Below, in pieces: positions 50,569-64,000 of a DNA stretch of 64,000 bases (the first letter of the stretch is position 1; each line of letters starts with the position of its first letter). Below the pieces are notes generated by a model that saw only the letters and a list, made by a program, of their open reading frames with translations, did not search any database and was not told the DNA's origin. The DNA comes from Trichoplax sp. H2 (taxonomy: Eukaryota): the NCBI GenBank assembly GCA_003344405.1, contig NOWV01000145.1, positions 124,001 to 188,000 of the forward strand, given 5' to 3'. The position numbers and the translations under genes are program-made.

Positions 50569-52596
50569 TAATACTTCGCCATTCGTTCTCGTCGACAAGG
50601 ACACTGGTAGAAAACGTGTCTACAGAAGGTGATCAACATCGATCACACTGGTGCAATAGTTGATTAGTGTGACAACAGTGAACAACCCACTATTTGCTGT
50701 ACAATATTTTCATTCCTGCATGGTACGCAGTCAAGGAAAATTCCAATTCTTCCCATCATTACTGCACTCCGTAGGACAAAGAAAAACTGTCATATTCGTA
50801 TCGACTTTGATCGACTGGATTCCAATCCGACGCTGTTCAAATTCAATTTCCATCCCATCAACGTGTGCAGTCGTGCTGAACGACAATTCATTTTCAATCC
50901 CTATATAGACTGTACAAATAAATTCAATATAGTGGCATATCGTGAATTGAAATTCAATTCAAATAGTTGGAACCTGATCAATGTGTCAAGATATCACGAT
51001 CAATTAGTTGGTTGACTACGGGATTGCATTCATTCTATACATGATAGACGTCATTAGTGACTCATTACTCATCAAAGCGGCATCTTCAATTAATTAATAA
51101 TACTTGATTATCGTCTTCAACCTTAAGGTACAGTACAACGACACCATCTCAATTTCACTATCATCCAACGTGCTGATTGCCAAATAACAGGTGAGATAAG
51201 TAGACTGAAATTTTAAAATGCCGCACTAGCTAAACAGACGTTCAGTATCCATCCCTTGTCGAGATGACCAGTTACTTATCTAGGACGAGAACGATAAAAA
51301 CTGATTTCCCTCCCCCCCATCATTCAACTTGGATCAGTTTAAACAAATGCCTTGAACGGACACACTCTACTAGCACTGTCATCTTTCTAAGGAGAAATAG
51401 GTATAATCGTAATTGATCCTTCTTTGCATCCTTACTTGCATTACATAGAACGACATTTGATTGTAGTCTAGTCCATGATGACAATGTGGCCGTCACTCCT
51501 TATATCGATGACCAAAACTTACTTTAATTACGCTAAAAGTCTTCAACTACTCTTAAATAACTGTCAAATGGATGTACGTATTCCAATTACATACATTAAT
51601 TATCCTTCATCATGCAATATTATCGTGCCAATAAAGTAGATTACTTGCAATTTTTCTACCATTATTTGCCCTATTCTATTTTATTCATAGCATTGATATA
51701 AATTAGTTATGTTAATTAAACGCAATAAGACGACGGCCAAACAATCCATACTGTGGCTCGATACCATGGCGTAAATGAAGAATGTAAATGTTACTTTGTC
51801 GTCGCCCTCTGTAAACATTGTCTACAGTGATGCGATTGAAACAATTTCTTTCTTGTTTCATTTCGACAAAAAAGGCGCTCAGCTACGATAGAGGATCCCA
51901 TTCAATTTTGTTGCTTTCCTATTTCTCGACGAGCTAGAGATTTAACAGTTTTTTCGTCAAACACTCAACTCGTATATTAGTCTTGACAGAAATACCTCGT
52001 CATTGTCGTACTTACTAAATAGATCCATTAGTCACAGTAGTTAGACAATCTTAAGTACACAAAAATCCTGATGTTGTCAATAAAGCACAGCGTCATCAAG
52101 GCCCTACAAGAATCGATATTGTAATACGTTATTAACTTAATAAGTTATTTGATTCCAACATAATTCTCAAATTGACTACGTTATTGATTTCATCCAATAT
52201 TCATACCAATGTCCAATCTTAACCTACTGTATTTCAATATCCTTGTCATTATTCGTTCATCTCGTATCATAGTTACATCCACGATTGAAAGAAAGAAACG
52301 TGACATGAATTATGCATTCTACTTGACAGTTTCGTACATAATGTGGGATCTTCACAAAAGCTTTATGCATATTTAGTACATGACTCCATCCACTGGTTTG
52401 GGGCTTTAATATCAATAGCATCAATATTGACTTAGTCGCATTTTTTTCCTACTGTACCGGTCAGATTATAGAGAATTGTATGTGTGATTAACTACAATTT
52501 CACCGCACAGACGGCATGGAGCTACAAGGTTATAAGTAAATATCGGTATAGAACTGTTGTATAATTGTGATTATAAAGAAAATAGGAATCAATGGA

Positions 52597-53050
52597 CCAC
52601 TAATAGACGCTCAAAGTTTGCCCTGCCCTTCTTAATGTATTCTCCAATAAATTTTATTTTATTGAAGAGGTGCTAAACTAACAGATAGACAATTCCTTAC
52701 TGGATTACTTCTTACTTAACGGATCATCCTTACACACAGCTTTACTTCGGCCCACTAATAGACACTCAAAGTTTTGCCCTGCTCTTCTTAATGTATTCTC
52801 CAATAAATTTATTGAAGAGGTGCTAAAGTAATAGATAGACACTTCCTTACTGGATCACTTCTTACTTAACGGATCATCCTTATATACAACTTTACTTCGA
52901 CTCACTAATAGACGCTCAAAGTTTTGCCCCTGCCCTATTTAATGTATTCTCCAATAAATCTTATTGAAGAGGTGCTAAACTAACAGATAGACACTTCCTT
53001 ACTGGATCACTTCTTACTTAACGGATCATGCTTACATACAACTTTACTTC
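52597..53050. repeat. Three-copy tandem repeat, ~153-bp unit, just upstream of the carboxypeptidase CDS
   Basis: cactaatagacgctcaaagttt...gaagaggtgctaaa...cttcttacttaacggatcatc at ~52598, 52753 and 52904. Confidence 0.92.
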
Positions 53051-53268
53051 AAGTACCTGCTACATTAACTATATTAGCCTGTCATAGATAATTATAATTA
53101 CATGCTACACGATATTAACTTTACATGAACTATATACGTATATACAGTATATGTTACGACCAAAACCCGATATTCGGCCAATACACGTATTGGCCCGTAA
53201 TATTTACCTATTATATGATATTAAGCAATGTGAGTGACTGAATTTTTTTTCCAAAACTAGAATCGACC

Positions 53269-54594
53269 ATGGGATGGGCAACAACTCCTAAACCGTGGCT
53301 TCTCTTGGTAATATTAATGTGGTGGTCTACCTATACTTTCAATCAAGCCCAAGGCATACAATCGCCTGAATTTGACTATCATCATTACCAGGAAATGTTG
53401 ACATTCTTACAAAGTTTACAACATCAACATCCATCGATATCGCACCTTTACGATATTGGTCGATCTGTTCAAGGCCGTCGACTTTTAGTTTTAGCAATCG
53501 GTATAAATCCAAACCAACACGTACCTGTCAGGCCTGAATTTAAATACGTAGCGAATATGCACGGCAATGAAGCTGTTGGCCGTGAAATGTTATTACATTT
53601 AGCGAAATATTTGTTAAATCATTACAATATTATCGATGATATAACTCAATTGCTGAATACAACTCGTATCCACATTATGCCATCGATGAATCCTGATGGT
53701 TTCGAAATAGCAGTCCAAGGCCATTGTACAGGTACTCAGGGTCGCTATAATGCCAATTATAAAGATCTTAATCGTAATTTTGATGATCCATACTTAGAAA
53801 GGAAGGAATCTGTTCAGCCTGAAGTCTCTGCTATAATGGATTGGATCAAAAAGATTCCCTTCGTCTTATCGGCCAATCTACATGGCGGCACATTAGTCGC
53901 AAATTATCCCTACGATAGTGTCAAACCTCATCTTATTCACCAAAATATTTATAGTCGATCACCAGATGATGATGTTTTTATCCAGTTATCTAAAGTTTAC
54001 GCTAATAATCATCTTCTTATGCATTATGGCCAACCTAATTGCTCTGATAATCCCAGTGAACAATTTCCCAACGGTATTGTTAATGGAGCAAAGTATTATC
54101 CAATATTTGGTGGTATGCAAGATTACGTCTACCTGAATTCTAATGGGATGGAAATCACCTTAGAATTAGGTTGTTGCAAATATCCTAATAGCAAACAATT
54201 ACCTGAATTATGGCAAGAAAATCGTCCTGCATTAATTGCGTATATTCAAGCAATTCATCTTGGAATCAAAGGATTTGTTACAGATGCAAATGGTAAAGGC
54301 ATCGCTAATGCAGCTATCCAAACCGATCATAGAGAACATGTAGTGCGAACCGATCGCTCTGGTGATTACTGGCGAATATTATTACCAGGAAGATATAATT
54401 TCACAATCTCAGCTGATGGCTATCCAACAGTAAAGAGATCGATAATTGTTCCAAAATACCAACAATCAAAATTCTCTGCAATGGCAGTTAATTTCACTTT
54501 ATCGAATTCAGCATATACTTATAATACTCGTTCTACTCCCGGTATTATGAGTATTATTATTTGTGCTTTGTTTAGTTTACTATGGTCAGTTTAA
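53269..54594 (+). CDS. CPM: Metallocarboxypeptidase M14B (N/E subfamily), carboxypeptidase M-like, probably GPI-anchored; single coding exon
   Basis: 441-aa ORF with a signal peptide, NMHGNE zinc motif, DLNRNF, SANLHGG, GGMQDY, EITLELGCCKYP (catalytic Glu), a transthyretin-like domain (GIKGFV...GDYWRILLPG) and a hydrophobic C-terminal tail. Strict CPM versus CPD-domain orthology is unresolved. Confidence 0.88.
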   Translation: MGWATTPKPWLLLVILMWWSTYTFNQAQGIQSPEFDYHHYQEMLTFLQSLQHQHPSISHLYDIGRSVQGRRLLVLAIGINPNQHVPVRPEFKYVANMHGNEAVGREMLLHLAKYLLNHYNIIDDITQLLNTTRIHIMPSMNPDGFEIAVQGHCTGTQGRYNANYKDLNRNFDDPYLERKESVQPEVSAIMDWIKKIPFVLSANLHGGTLVANYPYDSVKPHLIHQNIYSRSPDDDVFIQLSKVYANNHLLMHYGQPNCSDNPSEQFPNGIVNGAKYYPIFGGMQDYVYLNSNGMEITLELGCCKYPNSKQLPELWQENRPALIAYIQAIHLGIKGFVTDANGKGIANAAIQTDHREHVVRTDRSGDYWRILLPGRYNFTISADGYPTVKRSIIVPKYQQSKFSAMAVNFTLSNSAYTYNTRSTPGIMSIIICALFSLLWSV

Positions 54595-55557
54595 ATATTC
54601 GAAAAAAATCCTATGTATTATGAAAATTATATCTACTATCGTGTGCTTTTCATAATGATTTAATATTGCATCGATATTATATTTTATCCTTTGCGCAATA
54701 TCGACTGGATAAATTGTAAACAATCCCTTTTTTTCATACTGTATTACACTCTTTTATCCACATTAGTTATTTATCCCTTACATTTATCATATCGATTCTT
54801 AATTTTTTTGATATAATATTCACACTTAGTGAATCCTTGTAAAAATGTATACGTTTTTTTAAATTTTATTTTGAATAATGGTTTTCGGAGAGTAGAAAAG
54901 TTGTATTAATTGCTAGTATCTTTCTATCATATTCTTTAGTTATTACAGAAAATGTTATTAATATTTATCTATCATAAAAAATGGATTTTTTATATATATG
55001 TCACGGTATATACTGAATTGTAATTTTGTACAGGGAGTAAAGGCCTGACTAAAATATCAGAGTTTGTAATAGATCAACATTGTGTGGTGTTTCAACGATA
55101 GCAAACTTTCTATTTTAAATAAGTAGATAAGGACATAATTCTGCATATTGTTGACTTCTATATTATTGTTATTAAAGTTTATCTAAAGATATCGAGAAAT
55201 CTTGCTAGTGTTCTTTAACAAGCTGTAGCAGCATCAATCATTTTATGAATTTTCGTCATTATTTTAATTAGAAGAAAAAGAGCATAAATGTCTGTTTTTA
55301 CAAATTAGACAGGATTTATACACATACGTTCATTATATGTGCAAATTACGAGTATAGCACGGATGAATGTTACGATATTATCTCATTACCTAATCAACAA
55401 TTTCGCGTCGATTAATATTTGATATCAAAGAAGGATCAATTTTAAAAGTTACCATTATATCCGTATAAAATCAACTTACTAGGCTAAGCTGATTTATTCC
55501 GAATAGAATTCATAATATCGGTCTATCACTTATCGAGCATGAAAAATAACAGTAGAT

Positions 55558-55806
55558 GCATATCATTTTGTTGTGAGCATTGAAAGACTATAATAAGATA
55601 GCATCATAGGTTGGAGCAAAGTTAAAATCATGCTATAAATTAGATAGTAATTAATGTATATATTTCATCTATAAAGTATGAAAGTAACTGTAAATTTATA
55701 TCATTTTGTCGTGAAGAGCTATTAAAAGACTATGATAAGATAGCATCATAGGTTAGAGTAAAGTTAAAGTCATGCTATAAATTGGGTAATAATGTATCTT
55801 TCATCT
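55558..55806. repeat. Two-copy tandem duplication, ~140-bp unit
   Basis: tatcattttg...aaagactat-ataagatagcatcataggtt...catgctataaatt at ~55561 and ~55699. Confidence 0.85.
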
Positions 55807-58800
55807 CATGGCGTAAATCAGCTGATACACAAGTTACACTGTTTGTTGCACTATTGCCAAAAATAGCTAAAAATGTAATTATTTAGTGGCATAAAGTAAA
55901 AAGCGAATATACCGTACATACACTTTATCATTATTGTTAATATCAAAATGATACGGTTCAGCGAATATTCATCATGACTACTGCTTTTTATAGTATTTAT
56001 AAAATAGATAATGGTGATCTCGTAGCCAAGCAGTTACAGTCATTGCATGCTAAAGAAATCCTACATTTTACAATTAAGTTACCCTAGATCTTATCATTAA
56101 GATAAAAAGATAATTTCTGAAATTTCATACGATTCAAATAAATACCCGGAACATTTTCTATTGCACACCGCTATCATAAATCTTTAACACCCTTACAACT
56201 AAAATAAAAATCGGTTTTGCTGTAGCAATATGATAGTTGTTATTATGGTTGAGTAGTAGTATAAGAGACTTATAGTAATTTGATCTTACTGAATCATAAT
56301 TATAATCTTGACAATAGTATAGCAAAATCAGTTGATATCAATCCGATATCAACATTAGTGATTTCGTAATTTATTTCTAAAATATTAATTATCCTAAATT
56401 AGTTTACGTATGCAGCTATTATTTTAGATAGCGAGAGATGTATTAATTTTATGTTTGGCAAGATGAATTTAAAATTATACTCTAAAAATATCAATAATCA
56501 TGTACCTAATTTAAGTAATTCCAATTATACGCTATTATTAATTAATCAATGCAATACTATTAATAACACGTAATTGGAAATGTGGACTGATCTTTCAAAG
56601 TTATTTACGCAACAGCACTGATTTGTAGAAAAAATACCCGTATAAAGTGGTACATTAGTCAAGAGTATATCCCGTACCATTAAGAAATAGATTCTTCCCA
56701 TTGATATATCAATACATTTTTTAAAAATTTAGACTATTCCTTTCATCGATATAATACAGTATATCGGTTTAATAAAGTAATCAATTAATCACGCTACTAT
56801 TATTAATATAAATTGTATAGTTATTTTATTCGAAAATTATATATTATGCATTAATAAACTTTAGTGCCAGTACATGTTACAATAATGTGACTGAGCTTTC
56901 TTTACTCGAGATAATATGCATGGCAGCTTACAACTGACATTACTTTTATTAAATATAAAGTTATAGAGTGGTATTCTAGTTGAGAGTGTATAGTACAAAG
57001 TATAACAACTTATTCATAAATTTAGCATATGTTATAAAAGAAAGCAGACAGGTCTTTTAATCGAGACAACTTATTATGAAGTAATTCGACACTGATCCTA
57101 ACATTTGTTTCAACATATAGCAATTAATTCAATGGATACTATAAAAAGTGAATTTATTGATCACCTTGTACAGCGCTATCTTCTGTAGTATTAAAAAAAT
57201 ACGCACTGCTTTCTTGTTTGAGATCTCACATAAAGTATAACTATAAAACTACTTCGTTTATTATGAATGATGTGGAGTTATGCGAGTACTTTAACCGAGA
57301 CTATATATCATATGTATGCTAAATTATTAACGTTTACTGTTTTGTTATATTAGAATATGGGCTGATCTTAAACTAAAATTGCATATTTATTAGGTAATAA
57401 ATTGCTGATGCTACTATTGTTATTGTATCAGAATAGCGAGTGATATTTAATCAGGATTGCAAATGATAAATTACTACATTACTCAGAGTACTATTATTTG
57501 CATGTATGGCAAAAAAATATAAACAATTAATTAGAGATTTAAGAACAATATTGCTATGGAAAGTGTTATACAATTAGTTAGAAACACTATATATGTAGCT
57601 ATATGATAATTGTATGGTAGTACTTGTAATACTGTAGGTGATAACGTTGTAAAAGGCGGACTGATAATTTACTAATTATAGTGCGAAGTACAAATTGTAA
57701 TCGTATCGAGGTGCAGCCTCATATAGCTATAAATACCGATCATTAATAATAAATGCAGTTACAAATCTTATTCACGGAGTGAACGCATTGCTAAAACATA
57801 ATAGAAAGAATAAATTATTATTAGCTATGATATTTATAAATGGCTATGTCGAACTTTGATACCTTAACATACGTTGAACGTATGTGAATCTAATGCATTA
57901 TATCTATAAGTAATTCTATATATATATAATACTTGGATATTTAGGGTCGCAAATTAGGATTACCTTTATGGCTTTAAAAAATAAAAACTCCTTCACTGTA
58001 TTGAAAATAGGATTACTAAACTTATTGTATAAAAATCGTAATAACACAAACAAAAAAGACTACAACATATTCTATTGACAGATCATGAGACTTTGGCTAG
58101 ACAAGATTGTCCTTTGCATTAGTCAACAATAGCCAATAGATGCAAGATAATACATATTGCAGCAGTTTAAATAAAGTTTACTGATTCCGCAAACTTGATT
58201 CGACATCAATCAAAACTTATCAAATCTCTATAAGAAAAAATGATGTTGCGATAATTACTGACATTTACTATTCTAGATAGACCAAACTCCAATTTCCTTT
58301 GGTCCATATTAGTTAAATCAAAATAAAAAGCATCATATTGCAACGATTATATAACGCTTCTAATCTACACAGACTAGATTTATTCTTTTCTTAGTTACGA
58401 TTATCAAGTCTGGGCAGCAAATGTGACATTTCAACAATGGTGCAATATTTACTGACTTGCCAAGACTCCTACAACTTCTTATTTGTCAGTACTAATTGAT
58501 CAGTGGGTACTATGAAATGGTATATCCTGAAAACCTTTTGTAATAATTGTAAGATCAAGTGCAAATTATTATCACATGATTCATAAATGTTACCAGAATC
58601 CCTTCGTATGTTAAAGAAATCCATTGTATCTAGCAGCTGTCACGAAATATATAGTGTGAGCCACTGTATAGCTTGCTACTGATCATAATATTCCTATTTT
58701 AGATATAAGATTAGACTAAGGATGATTTTATTTATTAGCCAATGTTGAGATCGCACTCAATTGAACACACTCGTACTTGAAGTCCCACATCAATTCAATT

Positions 58801-61800
58801 TAATAAATACCAGCCATGAGACTTGGAAATGTTTCCTTCTTGACCGATAATTTAGGCGTATCAATATTATTATTTAATTGATGTGTGGCATTCCTCAATC
58901 ATGTGCTGGACATTCGGTAATCATGCAAATACGTAGATTCGCATTCATAATCCATATTTATCGTTGTAGTGTAGTAACATATTCCAGTTGGCCATCTGTC
59001 GATAAATTGCTATTTAATAATATTGTTTACAACCAACGCTATAAAATGTTTGTTTTTTCTTGCCCAGATGTTTTTCCTGATCGATATGGATAAAATTACA
59101 CAAACCGCTATCGATATAACAATAAGATAACAGCCGATGTCGTTGTTTATTTAAGGCTGTTTTAACCGAGTCAATAATATCTCGATTTACAGAATGCAAT
59201 ATCTAAAATTATTTTTTATCCTATAAAATCTTGCCACTATCAAACAATATGGGTGATATTTAGTGTTTTTAGATGACCTTGATAATGATGAATAATTAAA
59301 AAAAAATTTGGCGAGATGAAATTGAACGTCATCATCCAAACTAAATAATTTAGCACATTTTCGCTATTTGTTAGGTAAAGGACTAGTATAGCTTGTGATG
59401 ACTATGGGATTAATTTTAATGAAAAATGCTTGATATAATTATTGTCAGTTACTTAGCATGCAGGTAAATGATATAAATTGTTAGTTAATGGAAAATGTAG
59501 AGTATAACTATTATAGATCAGAATTAAAAAGGAAAGATTAATTGTAATCGTGGCTATCGTATAGTTTGCAACCCAAAATTGACACGATTATTATTGACTA
59601 GTGTAGTCTTAAAATGAATGTTCATAAAATCGGGATGAATGAAGAGTTATCTTCATGATAAAAATCATGAAATTAGCTGAAACAGTGTATAGAATAATTA
59701 TCATAAATCAACTTTAGCGGCATAGTCAAGAACAATCGTTTATCACATAGCGTATTGGCAAATCGACGAATTATCTTATATTAGCGACTATAAGGATATC
59801 CTAAATGCTGCAAACTGACTCTAAGTTAGGAAAAATTAACCATAATTGCTATTTGCTACCTAGCTAATAAATAATCATATAAATAAAATTAGTTTAAAAA
59901 AGAAAAAAACCTAGCAAATTTTTTGGTGTCCAAATCATTCATTACATAACTATGGGTTGATTGACATGAAATGTTTTGATCGAGGTGATCATGTTTCATG
60001 ATTATCGATCAACTAACTCAAGGCTGGATAAAATTCAGCATGATTATAATTTGTAGCTTATCGATAAATTGGTATTAAAAATTATGAGACGAAAAATGAG
60101 CCATCAATAATTTACATAACCGACTTGAGACAGAAACATTTAATATGATTCTCCTTTTTTGCATAGCTTCTATGTAAATTGACATAAAATTATTAACTAA
60201 TCGCGGATATAAACGAGATAAATATGGTAGGAGATAAATAGTAGTAAGCAAATATCATTGATGAATTCAACATAAACACTACTAAAGTACCAAAAATAAC
60301 GTAACAAGATTTCATATTAGTTAATCTAGCTACTCTAAGCGATTACTTGTATATGTTAATAAGCCCCGCCCCAGGCTAATGTCAACATGATCATATTTCT
60401 TATAATCTAATTATTAGCAGCGAAGTTGATGGTACGCTAGTTTGTAGTTGTCGTTGTGGTTTATTCTAATTATGCAGAATTTTGAAAATGAATCAATATC
60501 TATTAATTGGATATCAATTTATTGGTATATTTGTCTATTTTGTTGAAAGAATTTGATTAAGGTTGTTTGGATCTTAAAATCTCTTACTCCAGATAATAGA
60601 TGGATAGGATTATCTCTAAGGTGTCATAAATAATAATCATAAATCATCCTCTACTCTAATATTTATTAACATGATATAGATTTATACCAATCCACAATTT
60701 GGTTAAAGAACAGATTAATACCGTATATAATTCAAGATTGAACTCATTTCACTGTAGATTTGGTAATAGTGCCGTTGTTGCCACATTATCGTCCTGAAGT
60801 AATTAGTAACATTGCCTAATCTAAACATTGCTATGTGGATCTATTTGAGTATATAACCCAATTAAAAGATTTTGGTATACAATAGAAATATTTATTAGAA
60901 GAATTGAAAAAATTTGCTTATAACTTAAGACTTCAATTCTACCCTAGAGAGAAGCCAATATTGCTGTCAATCCTAATTCTATCATCCTATGTCTATTATT
61001 ATCTAAATAGCCATGTCCTATTTCCAAATTGCGATGTGTAATAAATGGTGGGAATATACTTTGACTTTAATTATTTCATCTAAGCTATTTCAGCCTCTAT
61101 TAGTTTGTCTATAATCGCGGTCGCTGACTATTTTTGGCTAATTATACAGGATAGTGGTTATAGTTGTAAAGTAAGTATTAGTTAATGTTACTGTCCACTG
61201 ATGAGCAATCGATCTCGTTTTTAGAAATGAGCGAAATGTGCTACAACATATCATATATTTATAATGCTTAAGGTAAAGAATATTACTCTAATTGTATTTA
61301 AGTGGTAAAACCTAGCCTAAAAATAGAGGCGTCCTTGATAAATTTGGCAGGATAGTAATTTTTAAATACAATCATCCAATGTTGATCATTTCCATTGTAG
61401 CGGTGCAATGATGAACGATTTCTGTATTAAACAGAGCTAGCGAGAGCGGCTTTGTCTTTGAATTCTATGCTAATGCACATATATTATAGAAGAGGTCTGT
61501 AATATAGCTACATCAGAGTAGTAAGATTCATTCAATTGTTAATTTTTATTAAAAAACCTACCGCATTGTATTTTTTAAGATAGCCCTATAATTATGTCAT
61601 CACTCATCTTAACTTATGCGGAAGCAGCACCATATTTAATTTATAGGTGAGATTGAACTTTATCCTATTGCATAATTAAATGCAATATGAAGTATTATCA
61701 AAAGCGGTAGAACTGTACAAGATAGAGCCACTTTATCTTATTAATTACGTGGATCAGCGGGTAATCATGGGAATTAGGTTATCCTTTATTAACGTTATTT

Positions 61801-63539
61801 GCTTTCTTGAACTCATTAGTGAGCCACACCTTCTCAACGTAGTAGAGAGTAACGCCATCCGTTTGATGGAAGTTTAAATTCCTTCGAATTAACCATTAGC
61901 TTAACTTTTGACTATAATATAAATCAAAATAATAATTACGGATGGAATTAATTTGTATATTTTAATTCAAACGGAGATAATTGCGCAAGCCATTATCTCA
62001 GTATGTTATCTTAATTGATGTTGGTAATTCGGATAGATTATCGAATTGAATTTATTCTTTAATGGTTCAAAATTATAATTATGGAATAGAACGTAAGTAA
62101 TAACAATCGAAGATAGTCTTAATATTACAATGGCTAAAATAACGTCTCATCTTGCATCTTTATAAATTAATAGTTTAGAATTTTTTATGTAAGGAAGGCT
62201 GCACTAGACTCGACAAGTAGATTTGTTTAAACATGCTATGCCATATATTGGAATAGACTAATATAATAGAAGAAGATATAGAAGATGAAAATAATATTAA
62301 AGGTCTTTGATAGAAACATAATTGAAAATTGAATTGAATCAATCTCTTTCTCTATAAATGATTGATACATATCTAGAGATTAATTCGTGATAGTAATTGA
62401 TTAATATATAACATAGAAATATTTTCCTCCTTCAATTATCTTTTCAAATACATGAAGGTGTTTATTCTGTTTACTCCTGATTTAATATTCTAGCCTGGGG
62501 TAAAAGTCATTTTGATTTCGTAGACAGTCTTGAATGAGAGTCCATGATAGATGAATAATAGTTTATATTATTTTAAAAGCTTAAAGTTTAACCATTCTAT
62601 TCATATTTTACATTGTTGACTTATTCTACTAGTCCGTGATTAACAATTGATCGCGAGGCTTTTATCTTTACAACTCTTGACCATTACTAATGTAAAGAAG
62701 GTTGTAGTTGTCGAATGTAATCCAATCATAAACAACTTATTAAAGAACGGCAGTTAAAAGGGAGTGTGGGAAACTTTTAGATTGACCAATGTTACCAGAA
62801 GCGATGGTTAATTAAATTATTTTATTTGCTGATATTTCATCACGATAGATTAGTCTTTGCATTAATGATTTCGATTGGTACAATACTATACTACAATTAA
62901 ATTGCATCCCATAGTATTCTTATATAAAATATGAGATTCTTTATATGCAGTTGTTAGTAAGTTCTCAAAAATAACTTTATTGTTGATTAACTATCCACTA
63001 TTTAATAGCCTAGACATAATCATAATAGTATTGATGTTATTTGGCCTAGAATACATGTACAAGTTTAGTTTTCTTGTATTGTATTCGTAAATATAATATA
63101 AAAGCACACTCCACAATTTAGATGACAATATTGAAATGATTATGATAGAATAACCATTTAGATATAATTTTCTGATCTACAAAATCTGTGACATGATACC
63201 AGGATGGATGTTAATTTGATCAAGCACACTTCTAAATTGACTTTTTCAATCTTCAAGGGAATAGTAAATTGATTACAGCATTAAAATTGCCCATAAACAG
63301 TAGAACTAATTTCTTGTTCACCAAAATCACCGTGCAGAAGAATACATTAGCATGTCGCGCGATTTCGACGACAATATTAAATTGGTCAATGTATTACAGC
63401 CACGTGAAAAATTTTCGAATTCATCGATATCTTGTAACAAATTGAATATGATTAATTTAAGGGCCAGACTAGAATAGGAGATATTCCTTCTCATATTAAT
63501 ACAATACAATAATAGTTTAGTTATGATATAGATAGCTAG

Positions 63540-63812
63540 TGACTTAACGTGAATAGAATAGAATTTAATGCAAGGCTAGAGTAGTGGAGACTTTTACTTC
63601 TTCTATCGTGCAAACATGATCATAATGGTCTAGTCATCTAATAGATATGCAACTTTACACCAATCGAATAAAATTTAATGCAAGGCTAGACCAGCGTAAG
63701 GACTTTTGTTTCTAGTATCAAGTAAACATGATCATAATAGTTTAGCCATCAAATACGTATGCTAGAAACTTAACACGAATCGAATAGAATTCCATGTAAG
63801 GTTAGACTACTG
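63540..63812. repeat. Diverged tandem repeat, about 2.5 copies of a ~110-bp unit
   Basis: gaata-aatttaatgcaaggctaga...aaacatgatcataat at ~63557, ~63666 and ~63782. Confidence 0.75.
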
Positions 63813-64000
63813 TAATGAGCAACTGAGTCAAGAATTTAATCAACTATGCGATTACTAAATCATTCATTTACGTCATCGTAATACCTTGAAAAGTAAATGA
63901 ATTGGCGCTCTTTGAATGTTATTCATGTACTCTTTTAGCGGTATATGAATCTGCCGATAGTAGTATTTTATTATCAAGAAATTACTCAGTTCGTCATCTC

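Overview
AT-rich eukaryotic (animal) genomic DNA with GT-AG spliced genes, short introns and one 20-N assembly gap (3878-3897). Gene compactness and composition suggest an early-branching metazoan such as a placozoan (Trichoplax-like); this is inference, not proven. Manual splicing gives eight protein-coding loci: the 3' end of a probable KIAA1549/UPF0606-like gene (+), MOB2 (+, 5 exons), a BRSK/SAD kinase (-, about 24 exons) convergent with MOB2, an RFESD-like Rieske protein (-), a CNBD2-like cyclic-nucleotide-binding protein (-) with an upstream RFX X-box, an ependymin-related protein (+), FANCE (-) and a carboxypeptidase M-like gene with a single coding exon (+). Intergenic DNA has many local 100-250 bp tandem duplications and, upstream of BRSK and FANCE, GTAC-based palindromic islands. 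I found no prokaryotic system, CRISPR array, tRNA, rRNA or intact transposon, and no clearly new system. The best leads are the BRSK-MOB2 microsynteny, the GTAC palindrome islands, the KIAA1549-like terminus and the X-box.
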